Below are positions 24,386 to 37,688 of a stretch of DNA of 64,000 bases, piece after piece. A program made the translations under genes and the position numbers. Numbering within the stretch: position 1 is the first letter of the stretch; the number at the start of each line of letters is the position of its first letter. The stretch is from Chiloscyllium plagiosum (lineage: Eukaryota), in the NCBI RefSeq assembly GCF_004010195.1, contig NC_057753.1, positions 5,698,367 to 5,762,366 of the forward strand, read 5' to 3'. Below the pieces are notes generated by a model. That model was given only the letters and a program-made list of their open reading frames with translations. It was not told where the DNA came from and made no database searches.

Positions 24386-25580
24386 ATGGCTCTTATAATT
24401 GTGAAAGAGGATCTGGGATTCGAAGATGATTCTCAAATTTGCCAAGAAAGTTTGGAAGGAAAGGAAAAGGCCATACTTTTAGAATAAATGAATACGTTAT
24501 GTTTGGATATAATCAAGGACAAAAGTAAAGCTGAAATTGTAAGGGAGTTACTCAAACATGTAGGTGTGTCAGAGAAACAGACAAGTGCAGAAGAGGTAGA
24601 AAAAACTCAAATTACAATTGAGGAAAATGGAGTTAGAAGATAAACAGAGAGGAAAGAGAAATAGAGAAAGAAAAATGAGAGAGCGAGCGAAGGTTCTTCA
24701 CTGAGCAAGGAGAGAGAGAAGAAAGGGAGATAGAAAGCGAGAGAAAGAGTGAGGAAAAACGAGAGAAAAGGTTCTTAACTGAGCAAAAAAAGAGAGAATT
24801 TAAACTTGAGAAGTTGTGACTTAGTCAGCAAAGTCAAGTTCACAGGATGGAGATTAAAACAGAAGGTCATGATATCCACAATTATATCAAAACTCGGCCA
24901 CATTTTGACGAGAAAGATGTTAAAGCCTTCTTTATTTCATTTGAAAAATTGGTTTGGGAGATGGAGTAGTTTGAGGATTTTGGGTAATGCTAGTTCAGAC
25001 TAAACTGGTCGGCTGATCTAGTGAGGTAATTGCCGCACAGTCAGATGAGGTGTCAAGAGATTATGAAGAGGTTAACAGGCTATTTTAAGTGCTTATAAAT
25101 TGGTACCAGAAGCATACAGACAGCGGTTCAGAAACAGAAAGAAGGAACCAGGTTGGACTTATGTTGAGTTCGAAAGAATTAAACATAATCATTTTGATAG
25201 ATGGGTGCGGGCTTTGAAAATAGATAAGACCTTTGAGGCTCTATGAGAGATTATTCTGCTGGAGGGGTTTAAAAACACACTTCCAGAGGTGGTAAGAATT
25301 CACATGGAGGACCAGAAAGTTCAGGAAGTGAGAAGGGCTGTAGAATTAGCAGATGAGTACATGTTGGTGCATAAGACATGCTTCCAGCCAGATTTTCAAC
25401 CTGTGAGAGATAGAAGTTGGGAGAACGGGAGATCCTATACGATGAAACCAAGAGTAGAGAGCACTGGCAAGAATTTACAACAGGATAAAAAAGAAGCCCA
25501 AGAGGGTGGAAAGGAGATGAAAGGCCTCAGATGTTTCCACTGTAGTTAAGTGGGACACGAAAAGACACAGTGCTAGTTAT
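24386..25580 (+). pseudogene. gag: Gmr1-like gag with SCAN-like capsid and CCHC knuckle (disrupted)
   Basis: DVKAFFISFEK, ILSAYKLVPEAYRQRFRN, VRRAVELADEYMLVHK, CFHCS*VGHEKTQC. Confidence 0.85.
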
Positions 25581-25699
25581 TAAAGAAAGGTGATGTGGGA
25601 AAAGAAGCTAAGCCAGTGGCATTCGTGGGGGAAGTAACCAACAAGAGCCTAGGAGCTGTAGCAGAGTGCACAGCCTAGAAAAGGGCTGGGTATGTGGTT

Positions 25700-28600
25700 A
25701 GTACTTAATCTCTACAAAGAATTCACCTCTGTGGGTAAAGTTTCCTCAGAAAGAACAGGGGGATAAGGACAATAAGTTATAATTCTGAGAGATACAGTAT
25801 CTAAGCAGTGGCTGATATTATGGGATGAGTGGATATGCATTCTTTCTGATCTGTTACCCGTGAGTGTGGTAATTTGTGGGATAGATCGACAGAAATTTAA
25901 TGTTCCCCTCTCTAAGAACAGATTGGTGTGCCAACTCAAGACTGGGGAAGTTACAGTGGGAGTGATTGACAAGAGTGTCAGTTCCAGGAATTCTTGGGAA
26001 TGATTTGGCAGGATCCAAGGTGGGAGTGACACCTCTTGTTGTAAAGAAGCCCAAGGAAGCCCAAGAAACTGAGGACTTAACACAGAAATATCCTGGTATT
26101 TTCGCAGATTGTGTGGTAACCAGATCCCCAAATCATAAGTCACAGCATGAAGTGAAAAGTAAACAGAAAGATGAAGGAGTTGAGGTTCAGTTGGCGGATA
26201 CCCTGTTTGATATAATGGTGCGGGAAACGCCTGAACAGGCAGAGGGTCATACAGAAGCTTTTAGTCCTGAAAAGCTAAGAGATTTACAACAGCAAGACAT
26301 GATGATAAAAGATATATATGTGGGTGCGTACTCTGAAAAGGAGGCAGGGAATATTCTGGAGGGTTATTTTCTGAAAGATAGAATCCTCAGACAGAAATAC
26401 AGACCAGGCTAAGGTACAAAAATATACTTATTGACCTGGAATGCACAAGGATGTAGTTAACTTTTGCCGTATGTGTCATACATGCCAAATGGTGGGTAAG
26501 CCACAGGCAGTAATAAAACCAGTAGCTTTGTTGCCAATTGCCGCATTTGAGGAACTTTCATGCGGGTTATAATTGATTGTGTAGGTCCCGTCCCGATAAC
26601 TAAAAGTGGGAACCAGTACTCATTCACCATAATGAGTGTGTCTACCAGATTTCCGGAGGCAATTCCGTTATGGAGTATCAAGGCAAAAAGGGCGGATGAG
26701 GAGTTAGTAGCTTTCTTCACATGGTGTGGGCTACCCAGAGAGATTCAGTCTGACCAAGGGTCAACGTTTACTGCTAGGTTGTTTAAGGAGGTTATAGATA
26801 GCTTAGACACTTTAAATCCGGTGCATAGTATCCTGAATACCAGGGAGCTTTTGAAAGGTGGTATCAGACCTTAAAGACCATGATCACCGCATACTGCCAG
26901 GACTAGCCGAATGATTGGGATAAAGATATCCCATTCATAATGATTGCCATTAGAGATGCTTCAAACAAATCTACTCAGTTTACTCCCTTTGAGTTAATAT
27001 TCGGGCATGAAGTGAGAGGTCGTTTAAAATTATTTTTTTTTAAATTGACGGACCAAAGTCGGAGATCTCACACTTAGATTATGTATCGGAGGTGAGGGAG
27101 AGATTAAATCGAGTAGGTGAGTTATTTAAACAGCGCCTAAATAGGGCACAGTGTAGAATGAAGCAGGTGGCAGATAAAAACTCTGAGACTCTGACATTTT
27201 CTTGATGGGATGACGTATTAGTACTGTTTCCAGTGATACAAGATCCCTTCAAAGCCAGGTTTCGTGGTCCCTATCAAATTGAGAAAAAGTTAAGTCATGT
27301 GAACTATTTAGTTAAGATGCCAGGTAGGAAAAAAAGGTATCGGGTATGTCGTATGTTGAACATGCTGTAACAGTATTACACTACAGAGAAAGAACTGGAG
27401 AAACAGGTGTAAGGTACTGCCCCATAGAGTGTGGAATCAAATCCAGATGATATGGATTTTGATGTGCCTCAAAGCCGATTAAGGTCCTTGAGGAGTGGGA
27501 TAGGTTAGTAAGCTATCTGTCTCCGGAGCATAGAACATAGTTGAAAGATCTGTTACAACAGTATAAGACATATGTAAGAATCTAATTCTAAGGCACATGA
27601 AGTACAACACCCCTATCGACTTTATACTTTCAAAGCCAGACAGGTCGCAATGGAGGTGGAGGCCATGCTCAACAAGGATGGTATCAAACCGAGCCAGAAC
27701 GAGTGGAGTTCGCCGATCGTCTTAGTGCCCAAACCGGACGGGACTCAACGATTCTGCGTGGATTATTCGAAGGTCAACACCCCTACAAAATCTGACTCTA
27801 TCCAATTTGTAGATTGGAGGACTGTATCCAGAAAGTCGGACAAGCCAGTTACATCACCAGGTTGGACTTAATGTGTGGTTACTGGCAGGCATCTTTATCA
27901 GAGACGGCGAAAGACATTTCTGCGTTTGTAACCTCAAATAGGCTACATCAGTTTAAAGTGATGCCCTTTGGAATGAAGAATGCACCTGCCACATTCCAAA
28001 GACTCATGGACAGAGTTGTGACTGGGTTAACAAACTGGACAATGTAGTGATTTTTCGTAAGTCCTGGAAAGATCACATGGCAAAGTTGACAAAGCTCTTT
28101 GAGTGAGTACGAGAAGCAAAGCTGATGATAAACTTAAATAAAACTGAATTTGTGAAAGCAGAGGTGATGTTTTTGGGACATAACATCGGTCATGTAAGGT
28201 TGGCCCCACGGAACGCAGAGACGAAGGCCATGGAGGAATTTCCATGACCAACCTCGAATAAAAAGGACTCGGTGGATTTTATTCAAAGTTTGTTCCAAAC
28301 TTCAGCAGCACCGTTAACCGATTTGCTGAAGAAGAGCACCAAGTTTCTCCAGGCGGCGTTTGACCATTTGAAAGCCATATTAACTACCAAATCAGTTTCA
28401 GCCACACCAAACTTTTTAAAAACCTTTTAAAGTCGCCATCGTTGCTAGTGACATAGGAGTTGGAGCTGTACTCTGACAGGAAGGTGAGGATGGGATTGAA
28501 TTTTCAGTTGGTTACTTTTTGAAGATTGACATCCACCAGAGGAAATACTCCACAATTGAAAACGAAACTATTGAGTTTGGTACCGGCCTGACAACATTTT

Positions 28601-28779
28601 AATGTGTATGTCATGAACAGTGTGTACACGGATCACTATCCGCTTACATTCTTAGAATGCTTTAACGACAACAATATGAGACTATTTCATTGGAGACTTG
28701 TGTTACAGACTTTTAATTTAGAAATCATACATGTTACGGTCATAAGAATGTAACTGCAGATGCATTATTGTGGATTTAA
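25700..28779 (+). pseudogene. pol: Gmr1-like pol: protease, integrase (~26420-27330), RT (~27600-28300), RNase H (disrupted)
   Basis: ILRDT (PR); CRMCHTCQ, RVIIDCVGP, TRFPEAIPL, IQSDQGSTF (IN); WSSPIVLVPKPDG..FCVDY, VMPFGMKNAPATFQR (RT); ASDIGVGAVL, NVTADAL (RH). Confidence 0.9.
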
Positions 28780-28948
28780 CTGATAAAGTTTAGATGATAC
28801 TTGTCTTTATTTAATATTATAAATACACAGTTATATGGGAAGAAGTTAAGGTGAACTTAGTTAAAAGGACATTAGGATAACGTGTTTAAAGAATAGAGAA
28901 AAAAAGCCATCTTTTCATTATGATGGTTCTTTTATTCTTAAGGGGTTG

Positions 28949-29658
28949 TGTTATGAAGATGTGGGTGAACTGTACTTTTGAGAGTTAAAAGCCAACAGAA
29001 CTACCTGACAGCAGCAAGTCTTCTGAATAAGATACAATGTAATGTGGGACAGCAGCTAGGGTAGCTGGGCTGCTTGGAGACAAAAACAAATTTGAATTAA
29101 ACCAATCAGTTTAAATTATATGCCAAAAAGAACAAATTCCAATCAAGTTTGAATTGAGTATGTTGGCAATCTTAAAAAGCAATGACACAAACCCGAAGCT
29201 TTGGGGGTATAATACTGGGGAAAATTGAAAAGCTGAGAGGAGAACTGCCAAAAGACCAACAGATGTAGGCTGCTAGTCAGAACTCTCTGTGAGTGACCTG
29301 TCTAGAGAAGGAGTTTGCATAGAGAAAAACATCAACACCAACCTAGGGAGCAAATCTACAGAGGAAGATAAAGAGATTCGACCACTGACTAGTTTTGAAA
29401 CTTCAGTTTTTCAGTAAATCTTAATTGGGGTTTTTATCAGACGAGTATTATAGAAGGGAATGTAAAAGATAGGTTAGAGGACGGAGTTGTGAATAGTTGT
29501 TAGTTAATTATTATCCATTATATTTCAAGAAATAAAGTTGTTAATTTTTACTTTAGATGGTTCTTGACCTCTCGAGTTTTCACAGATTACTGCATGGGAT
29601 AAATCTTTTCTGTGTTGCTGGTTTAAAATAACCAGGAGGGTTTACCAGTGTCATAACA
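28949..29658 (+). repeat. 3' LTR of Gmr1-like element
   Basis: TGTTATGAAGATGTGGG...TCATAACA, colinear with the 5' LTR. Confidence 0.9.
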
Positions 29659-31430
29659 TAATCTAAGATCAACCTAACCCACTCACCTCTCAATCTATGC
29701 TGTCCACGTGTTTTTCCAGCAGTTGCTAAAATGTCTCTAATGTCTCTGACTCTACTACAATAGCTGGAAGTGCATTTCATGCACCCACCACTCTCTGCAT
29801 AAAGTACATACCTTTGACATCTCCCCTGTACCTTCCTCCAAACACCTTAAAATTATGCCCCCTCGTGATGGTCATTTCTGGCCTGGGGAAACATCTCTGG
29901 CTATCCACTCTATCTATGCCTCTCATTACGTTGTACACCTCTGTCAAGTCACCTCTCTCCCTTCTCCCCAAAGTAAAAAGCCTGAACTCACTCAACCTTT
30001 CTTCATAAGACATGTCCTCCAATCCAGGCAACATCCTAGTAAATCTCCCAACATCTGCACCCTCTCCAAAGCACTGACATCTTTCTGATAATGAGGCAAC
30101 CAGAACTGGACGCAATATTCCAAGTGTAGTCTAACCAGGGCTTTGTAGAGATGCAGGATAACCTCATGGCTCCTAAACTGAAGCCGTTTGCTAATGAAAA
30201 CCAATACACCATATGTCTTCTTAACAATCCTGTCAACTTGGGTGGCAACTTTCGGGGGTCTATGGACATGGACCCCAAGATCCCACTGTTCCATCACACT
30301 GCCAAGAATCCTGTCTTTAACCCTGTATTCTGCAATCAAATTTGACCTTCCAAAAATAATCACTTCACACTTTTCCAGGTTGAACGCCATCTGCCACTTC
30401 TCAGCCCAGCTCTGCATCATGTCAATGTCCCGTTGCAACCTACAACAGCCCTCCACACTACCCACAATTCCACCAACCTTCATATCATCAGCAAACCTAC
30501 TAACTCACCCTTCCACTTCCTCAACCAAGTTATTTATAAAAATCACAAAGAGCAAATCCACCCTTTCACTTGCTCATCATCGAGGCTGAATACTTTCCAA
30601 CACCACCCTCTGTCTTCTATGGGCCAGCCCATTCTGTATCCAGTCAGATGAGTTACCCTGTATCCCATGCCTCCTTCCTTTCTGAATGAGCCTACCATGG
30701 GGAACCTTATCAAACACCTAGCTAAAGTTCACATACACCACTTCCACTGCTTGACCTTCATCAACTTGTCTCTCACATCCTCAATGAACTCAATAAGATT
30801 TGTGAGGCATGACCTGCCCCTCACAAAGCCATGCTGACTATCTCGAATCAAATAATGGTTTTCCAAGTAATCATAAAGTCTGTCTCTCAGATTCCTCTCC
30901 AATACTTTGCCCATCACTGATATATGACTGACTAGTCTGTAATTCCTAGGCTTATCCCTATTCCCTTTCTTCAACAAGGAAGTAACATTTGCCACCCTTT
31001 AATCATCTGACACTATTGCAGTGGACAGTGAGGACGCAAAGATCATCACTAAAGATGCATCAATTTCTTCCCTCACCTCCCGCGGTGACCGAGGGTATAT
31101 CACCTCTGGCTGTGGGGATTTATCTATCCTTAAGTCTTTCAAACTTTTCAGCACATCTTCCTCCTAACATCAACCTTTAATCATCTGACACTATTGCAGT
31201 GGACAGTGAGGACGCAAAGATCATCACTAAAGATGCATCAATTTCTTCCCTCACCTCCCGCTGTGGGGATTTATCTATCCTTAAGTCTTTTCAGCACATC
31301 TTCCTCCTAACATCAACCTGTTCAAGCATATCTGTTTCATGCTGTCCTCCAAAACATCGGCGTCCCTCGCAGTAGTGAATACTGAAGCAAAATATTCATT
31401 AAGGACCTCCCCTAGTTCCTCCGACTCCAG
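29659..31430 (-). mobile_element. CR1 LINE (RT + 3' end; tail lies at ~22790-22861, on the other side of the Gypsy)
   Basis: ORFs 30729-30995 (ANVTSLLKKG..NYRLVS..QHGFVRGRSCLTNL), 29992-30483, 29777-30115. Confidence 0.9.
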
Positions 31431-31619
31431 GATTCAGTTTATCTTTTTCATCGTTCAAAAATACATTCATTCATTTTTTAAAGCTTACAGATTTATTTCG
31501 AACAATAAATGAATTAAGGGATATGATGAGAACAAGGGTAAGTGGAGGTGAGTCACGAAATCATCAACCATAATCTTATTCAATGGTGGAGCAGACTTGA
31601 ACTACTCCTGCTCCTAGTT

Positions 31620-32185
31620 CTTGCGTTCTTGCCTTTATTGGTCGGGGTATTGGGTACAGAGTCAGGATGTCACATTGCAGCTTTATAAGACTTTGGTTAG
31701 GCCACACTTAAGAGCATCGCATTCACTTCTGGTTGCCACATTACAGGAAAGATGTGGAGGCTTTGGTGAGGGAGAAGAAGATGTTTACCAGGATGTTGCC
31801 TGGATTAGAGGGTACGGGCTATAAGGAGAGGCTAGTAAAACCCTGATTGTTTTCTCTGGAGTGGTGGAGGATGAGGGGACGCTTGACAGATGTCTATAAA
31901 ATTATGAGACGCATGGACAGGGTTGACGGTCAGAATCTTTTTGTCAGTGTTGAAATTTCTAATACTAGGGGGCATGCGTTTAAGGTGAGGGGGAAATATT
32001 CAGAGGAGATGTGAGAGGTAAGTTTTTTACACAGAGGCAGAGGTCTGATACATTGTGCCGTGGTAGTGGTAGAGGCCGATATGGTAGGGTAATTTAAGGG
32101 ATAAGTACAAGAATATGCTACAAATGGAGGGAGATAGACCAAGGCAAGCAGAAGGGATTAGTTTAATTTGGCATCATTTTCGGCA
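31620..32185 (+). mobile_element. CR1 LINE 3' fragment
   Basis: LQLYKTLVRPHL motif. Confidence 0.8.
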
Positions 32186-32189
32186 AACA

Positions 32190-33365
32190 TCTTCAGCTGG
32201 AAATTCAAGATCTCCCTCCCCTTCCTTGACCTCTCCTTTCCATCTCCAGCGACAATCTACAGTCTGACATTTACTATAAACCCACAGACACCCACAACTA
32301 CCTGGACTACATTTCCACCCACCTGTATCTCACAAAACCTCCATCCCATTTTCCCCTTCCTCTGCCTCCGTTGCATCTGCTCTGATAAGGAGAGGTTCCG
32401 CTCCCAAGCGTCCCAGAAGTCCATCTGTTTTAAAGAATGTAATTTTCCCTCCTCTGTCATCCAGACAATGCTCCACTGCTCCAAATGCTCTCCCCACCAA
32501 AAAACATAATAAAGACAGGGTTCCCCTTGTCCTAACTTTCGAACCCACTAGTCTCTGCATCCAATCTATCATCCTTAAACACGTCCACTAACGCCAATTT
32601 GATCCAATCTTCCAGAACATCTTACCATCCCCACCCCTCCCTGCAATCTGCAAGGACCATACCCTTCGCCAATCCTTGGTTAGCGCCACTTTCCCCACCA
32701 AACCCCAGATACCCCACGTATCTTCTCCTGAAACCAGAAAAGGTGCAAAACTGGCCGATACACCACCCCCTCACCTCCATCTAGGGACCCAGTCAGTCCT
32801 TCCAGGTGAGACAGATGTTCACCATGCCTCTCCTCTAACCTTGTTTACTGTATCTGGTGCTCCCGATGTGGTCTCCTCTACAGCGGGGAGACCAAACATA
32901 AACTTAGTTTTTGCTGAACCTCACAGCCAGGCCCGCAAGGGCCACCTTGACTTCCCAGTCACCGCCCATTTTAATCCCCTTCCCGTGTCCTTCCTCAGAC
33001 ATGTCCTTCCTCAGCCTCCTCCATTACTACAGTGAATCGGACCGCACACTGGAGGAACAACACCTCATCTTCCACCTGAGCAGTCTACAGCCCGGAGGAC
33101 TCAACATCAAGTTCTCCAAATTCAAATACCATCCCTCCCCATGCCCTGAATCCCTTTCCAGCGCTGCCTCCTCCCTTCCATTCCACTGATCAACCCTTCC
33201 TTCCTGCCACCAACCGCACTCACTCCTCCCCTCGACCAACAAATCATACCCTCCACCTGTGTCCACCTATCACTACCTCACCATTCTGATACTCCCCACA
33301 CAAAACCCTTCCCCCTCTTTCTCTTCAGCTCCCTCCACTGCCACCTCCAGTCCTGCAGAAGGGGA
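32190..33365 (+). mobile_element. Penelope-like element fragment (RT C-terminus + GIY-YIG), different family from 4735
   Basis: SLPFLDL, LRCICSDKERF, NLVYCIWCSRCGLLYSGETK, LEEQHLIFHLSSLQPGGLN; pyrimidine-rich tail. Confidence 0.8.
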
Positions 33366-33527
33366 CGTTTTGCGATTTACATATGAAAGAACTGAAACCA
33401 TCAGGTCATTCTAAAAGATGAGAGACTTAACAAACAATCCGGGTCTTTTTCAATCTATGGTTGCAGTTACATCACACTGTAAACTTTTGTTATAAATTTT
33501 GTATCTTACAATCGAATACTTCACAAC

Positions 33528-33562
33528 CACCTGATGAAGGAGCAGCGCTCCGAAATCTAGTG
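33528..33562 (+). ncRNA. Minimal hammerhead ribozyme motif (third PLE family, within ~33370-33590)
   Basis: CAC-CTGATGA-A-GGAGC-AGC-GCTCC-GAAA-TCTA-GTG; same family on the minus strand at 17083-17117 (core mutated). Confidence 0.7.
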
Positions 33563-33589
33563 CTTCCAAATAAACCTGTTGAATGATAA

Positions 33590-34700
33590 CACTAGCATCT
33601 ACCCAACAATGTTAAAAATTATCCAGGTATGTCCTGTATATGAAAGCAGGACAAATTCAACAATGGCAATTGCTGGTCAATCAGTCAACTCTCGGTAATC
33701 AGCAAGGTCGTGGAAGGTGTCATTCACAGTTGTGATGACGCTGCTCCTTTAACAAGGTGATGCTGTCCTCAATAATTTTTTCAGAGAGGTCGTGAAAGAC
33801 ATGAACTCGGAAAAGTCTGGCCTTGGATGGGTTTTAGGGCTAATTTGCTTAGAGCTAACAAATACTGTCGTAGGCAACAGGCTATCAAGTTTTTTAAAAA
33901 ACACTGCACTTGTACAATGAAAGGAGAGTGGCCAGTTCTCCCAGCTCAGTTTTTGTCTGGTTTGGCTTGGTTTTAGCACATTAGTGCTGTATAGCCGCTG
34001 GATACAGAGAAGCAGGTCCACCCTGGTACTTTGTGTCTGACATCTCTCCTGTAAAACCCTGTGTTTGATTTTATGTTTTGTGCCAAGGGCTGTTTATGGG
34101 GATTGGTGCAAGTAATTGGAACAACATTATTAAGTTGGGAGAATCTGTTGGGTGTTTGGATAGGTTGAGTTATTTTGTATTCTGTTTTCTGTTGTTTGTG
34201 TTTCCTTCAGTAATCTTGTAAATAAATTGTTTTGTTTAAAACTGAGCGGTTTGACCAACTGCACCCCTCCCTGCAATATCCACATTACACCTGCTGAAAA
34301 CAACTAGCAAAGCTGGGCAACTTGCTTGAAATGTTTTGAGGGGGTCTGGCCTGGTCTATAACACAGTGCAAACAAACAGCACCTGCTCAGCATTAAACTG
34401 CTCAGTGATGCCCAGTTTGGATTCCACCAGGGCCACCAAGCTCCTGACCTCATTACAGCCTTGGTTCAAACATGGACAAAAGAGCTGAATTCCATGGTTG
34501 AGGAAGGAGTGACAGCCCTTGACATCAAGGCTCAATTCAACAAAGTGTGCCTTCAAGAAATCCCAGCAAAACTGGAATGAATGGGTATCAATGGGCAAAC
34601 TGACTGCTAGCTGAAATTGTACTGTATATATAGGAAGATGGGCGTTGTTTTGGATGTCAGAATCTTATCTGCAGGACATCTCTACTGGAGTTCCTCAGCG
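33590..34700 (+). mobile_element. CR1/L2-group LINE RT fragment split by a solo LTR
   Basis: YPTMLKIIQVCPV..ISQLSVISKVVEGVIHS|ANKQHLLSIKLLSDAQFGFHQG; TALDIKAQFNKV; GVPQ. Confidence 0.75.
33731..34363 (+). mobile_element. Solo LTR (633 bp)
   Basis: TGTGATG...TATAACA with perfect 4-bp TSD CAGT (33727-30 / 34364-67); AATAAA ~34221; host LINE frame resumes after it. Confidence 0.9.
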
Positions 34701-34779
34701 GTGACACAGTGGTTCCCTTAACTGTGCAGAGCAAAGGCATCTGCCCAATGAGCTTCTAACAAATGGCTCCAGAGAAGAT

Positions 34780-36460
34780 GCACAAGCAATATCAACGTTA
34801 AATTTAAAATCGGAGGGGTCCACTCAGAAGTACAATAGCAGTGGGAAAGAAGCTGTTCTTGAGTCTGTTAGTACATGTATGTAACCTTTTGTATCTTCTG
34901 CCCAACGGAAGAGGTTGGAAGAGATTCCAAGTGTAGTGCTGGAAAAGCACAGCCTGTCAGGCAGCATCAGGAGCAGGAGAATCGACATTTCGAGGATAAG
35001 CTCTTCATCAGGCATCTTCGATTATGTTGGCTGTCTTCCCGAGGCAGAGAGAAGTGTAGGGGGAGTCAATGGATGAAAGGCTGGCTTGCATGGTGGATTG
35101 GGCTGTGTTCACAACTTACTGTAATTTCTTACGGTCCTAGGCATAGCAGTTGCATGATACATCCATGATGCATCTGGATAGAATGCTTCCTTTGGTGCAT
35201 CTATAAACATTGTTAAGCGTCTTTACTGATGTGCAAATTTCCTTAATCTCCTCAGGGCATGGAGGCATTGTGCTTTCGTGATGGTCGCATCAAAGTGGGT
35301 TGACGAGGTTAGATTGGTGGTGAGCATCACTCCGAGGAACTTGACTGATGTAAACAGTTTTGCGCCCTCCACCTTGCTTCCTGAAGTCAATGACCAGCTC
35401 TCTCATTTTGCTGACATTGAAGGAGAGATTTATATCTTTACATCATGCCAACAAGCAGTCTATCTCTTGCCTGTATTCTGTTTCGTCATTGTCTGAGATC
35501 CTGCCCACAATGGTGGTGTCATCAGCGAACTTGTACATGGTGTTAGGACACAGTTATTAGTATAGAATGATTATAGCGATGGGCTGTGTACATAGCCTTG
35601 TCTGGCACTGGTGTTAAAGATTACCGCAGAGGAAATTTTGTTGCCTATTGTCACTGATTGGGGGTCTGTCAACCAGGAAATCAAAGATTCAGTTGCAGAG
35701 GGCAGATCAATGACCTTGGTGTCAGAGTCTGGAGATTAGATTGGTTGGAATATGGCGTTGAAGGCAGAACTTCAGTCAGTAGGTAGGAGACTGATGTATG
35801 GATCCTTGCTATCCAGACCTTCCAGGAATGTCGGGACAGGAAATCTCATTTCCACGACTTACTGTTGAAAGCGAACATAAAATGCAATGGGCGCGTCAGA
35901 GAGGGATGTATTTTTGTCCACTATTCTGTTCCACTTCACGTTGTAGCCTATTAAGTCACGTAAACCTCGTCACAAACAGTAGGAGTCCGTGTGGTTAGTG
36001 TGGGTCTCTCGTCTAGTCTGATATTACCGCTTGGCATCTCTAATGGCATTACGGAGGTCGTGCCTGGATTTCCCACGAAGGTCAGGGTCATCTGATTTGA
36101 ACACCTCACACCCGGACTTCAGTGGGCAAGGGAACTCCTAGTTCGTCCACGGTTTCCGGTTGGGGAACATTCAGATTAACTTCTTTGGAACACCATGTTC
36201 TACACACATGCTAATGAAATCTGCAACGGTCGAGGCATATTCATTTAAGTTGGCAGCTGAGTTCTTGAATATAGACCAGTCTCCCAATTCCAAGCAGTTT
36301 CTCCAAAGCTGTTCTATTGTCTCAGACCAGCACTCTGCCACTTTCTGCACTGGGTGCTTGTAAGTCAGAGGGAAGAACACAGCATTGTGATCTGGTTTTC
36401 TGAAATAGTGACAAGGTATGGTGTGGTAGGATTTTTGATGGCTGTGTAGTGTGGTTGTTT
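34780..36460 (-). mobile_element. Rex1/Babar-clade LINE (decayed), part of duplication unit 1
   Basis: YKFADDTTIVG (rc ~35535-35503), AANLNEYASTVADFISMCVE, TDSRTASFP. Confidence 0.8.
34925..35013 (-). mobile_element. Short hammerhead-bearing Penelope derivative
   Basis: rc: CTGATGA-A-GAG-CTTATC-CTC-GAAAT-GTC-GATT; same family as 4298-4421. Confidence 0.7.
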
Positions 36461-37659
36461 ACATGACTCTGCAAATTGAGTGAATGTGGTTGCCTTCATG
36501 ATCAAAATCAATTTATGATGATTTTAAAATTTCATCAATTTATGATGATTTTAAAATCTCATCAATTGTAAACTGGACTCCCTGGAAAAAAAAGTGTTTG
36601 TTTTCTTGTGTTTTGCGAGTCAGAGTCTGAGGATGATGTGACTGTTGATGCAAATAGTGAACACTGTGTCTGCTCTTAACTTGAACAGTCAATGAAATGC
36701 AACATTTACCATGATGCAGACTTTGAACGAAACGTTACACAATATTATTATCCAATATGATGCTAACACAGAACAAATCAGATCCCAGCCCATTTCTTGC
36801 TTGATTGATCGCAAGTTTTATTTTTAAAGTTTTGTCTTGGTTTGTCACTAAAATATTCCCGAAATGAAACCAGTTTCTTCTGAATTAATAAACAACAAAT
36901 ATTAAGACTTACTCTTTTCCCCAGCAATATCATTGACAGATCTTCAATCCTAATGAAGTATTACTGCTATTTTTTGCTTTAAGATGTCTTACTGAAACAA
37001 CTCTCGCCACACATTCACAGATGCTATTCTGTCCATTTCTCCCTGAGACAATTAAATGGAGAGTAACTCACAGACCCCTCACATCCTACCCTCTAACATC
37101 TGGAAAAGCCGAAGACTTTTCAGTTCTGATGCTTTGAATTACAAATCAATTTTCGGAGCTTAGAAACTGTCTTCACAGAAAGGAGACTTCCAGCAAAGAA
37201 AGAAAAACCTGCCCTCTTGTTAATATTTCTTCTCAACTGAACCTGTTTGTAGCCTATGAGTATGTCTCTTTTTTTAAGATTGCAAAAGCTCATACTTGTA
37301 AACCGATCATAAAATGATTTTTTCTTTAGCTTCCCGGCGATATAACCTAAGTTATACATCTCCCTGTAATCGAAGTCTTCATTTCAATGTTCCATTTGGA
37401 TTTGTGACCTCCTGTTTTGTGCAACCTTGGCACCCTCAGATGACATTTTCCTATCATGAACAGAGACAAAACTTGCAAATTGTTGGCCACTTTTCTACAT
37501 AGGCTGCATTGCTATTGGCAGTCTTCTTGTCGAAGACAGTGAAGCACTGGCTGACTGTTACTTGTTAAGGTCGATTAGTGCCAATGTTTACAACTTGCAA
37601 GGCAAAATGACATGTTAAATGGAGGAATCCATGTTCAGAAATGTCTTTGGAATTACAGA

Positions 37660-37688
37660 TATATATATATAGAGAGAGAGAGAGAGAG
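37660..37688. repeat. (TA)n(GA)n compound microsatellite
   Basis: atatatatatagagagagagagagagag. Confidence 0.9.

Larger units (their letters stand above)
22862..29658 (+). mobile_element. Full-length decayed Gmr1-like Gypsy LTR retrotransposon (gag-PR-IN-RT-RH)
   Basis: LTRs 22862-23573 and 28949-29658 (TG..CA); PBS after 23573; degenerate PPT before 28949; flanks TTAT/TAAT; inserted in a CR1 3' tail. Confidence 0.92.

Noticed and set aside
33345..33372. Hammerhead at the end of the 32190-33365 Penelope fragment
   Set aside because: CTGCAGAAGGGGACGTTT: core mutated and stem II/GAAA deleted
36500..36570. ~28-bp direct repeats as a CRISPR-like or regulatory array
   Set aside because: Only two adjacent copies with no spacers, in a vertebrate context; the paralog lacks the duplication
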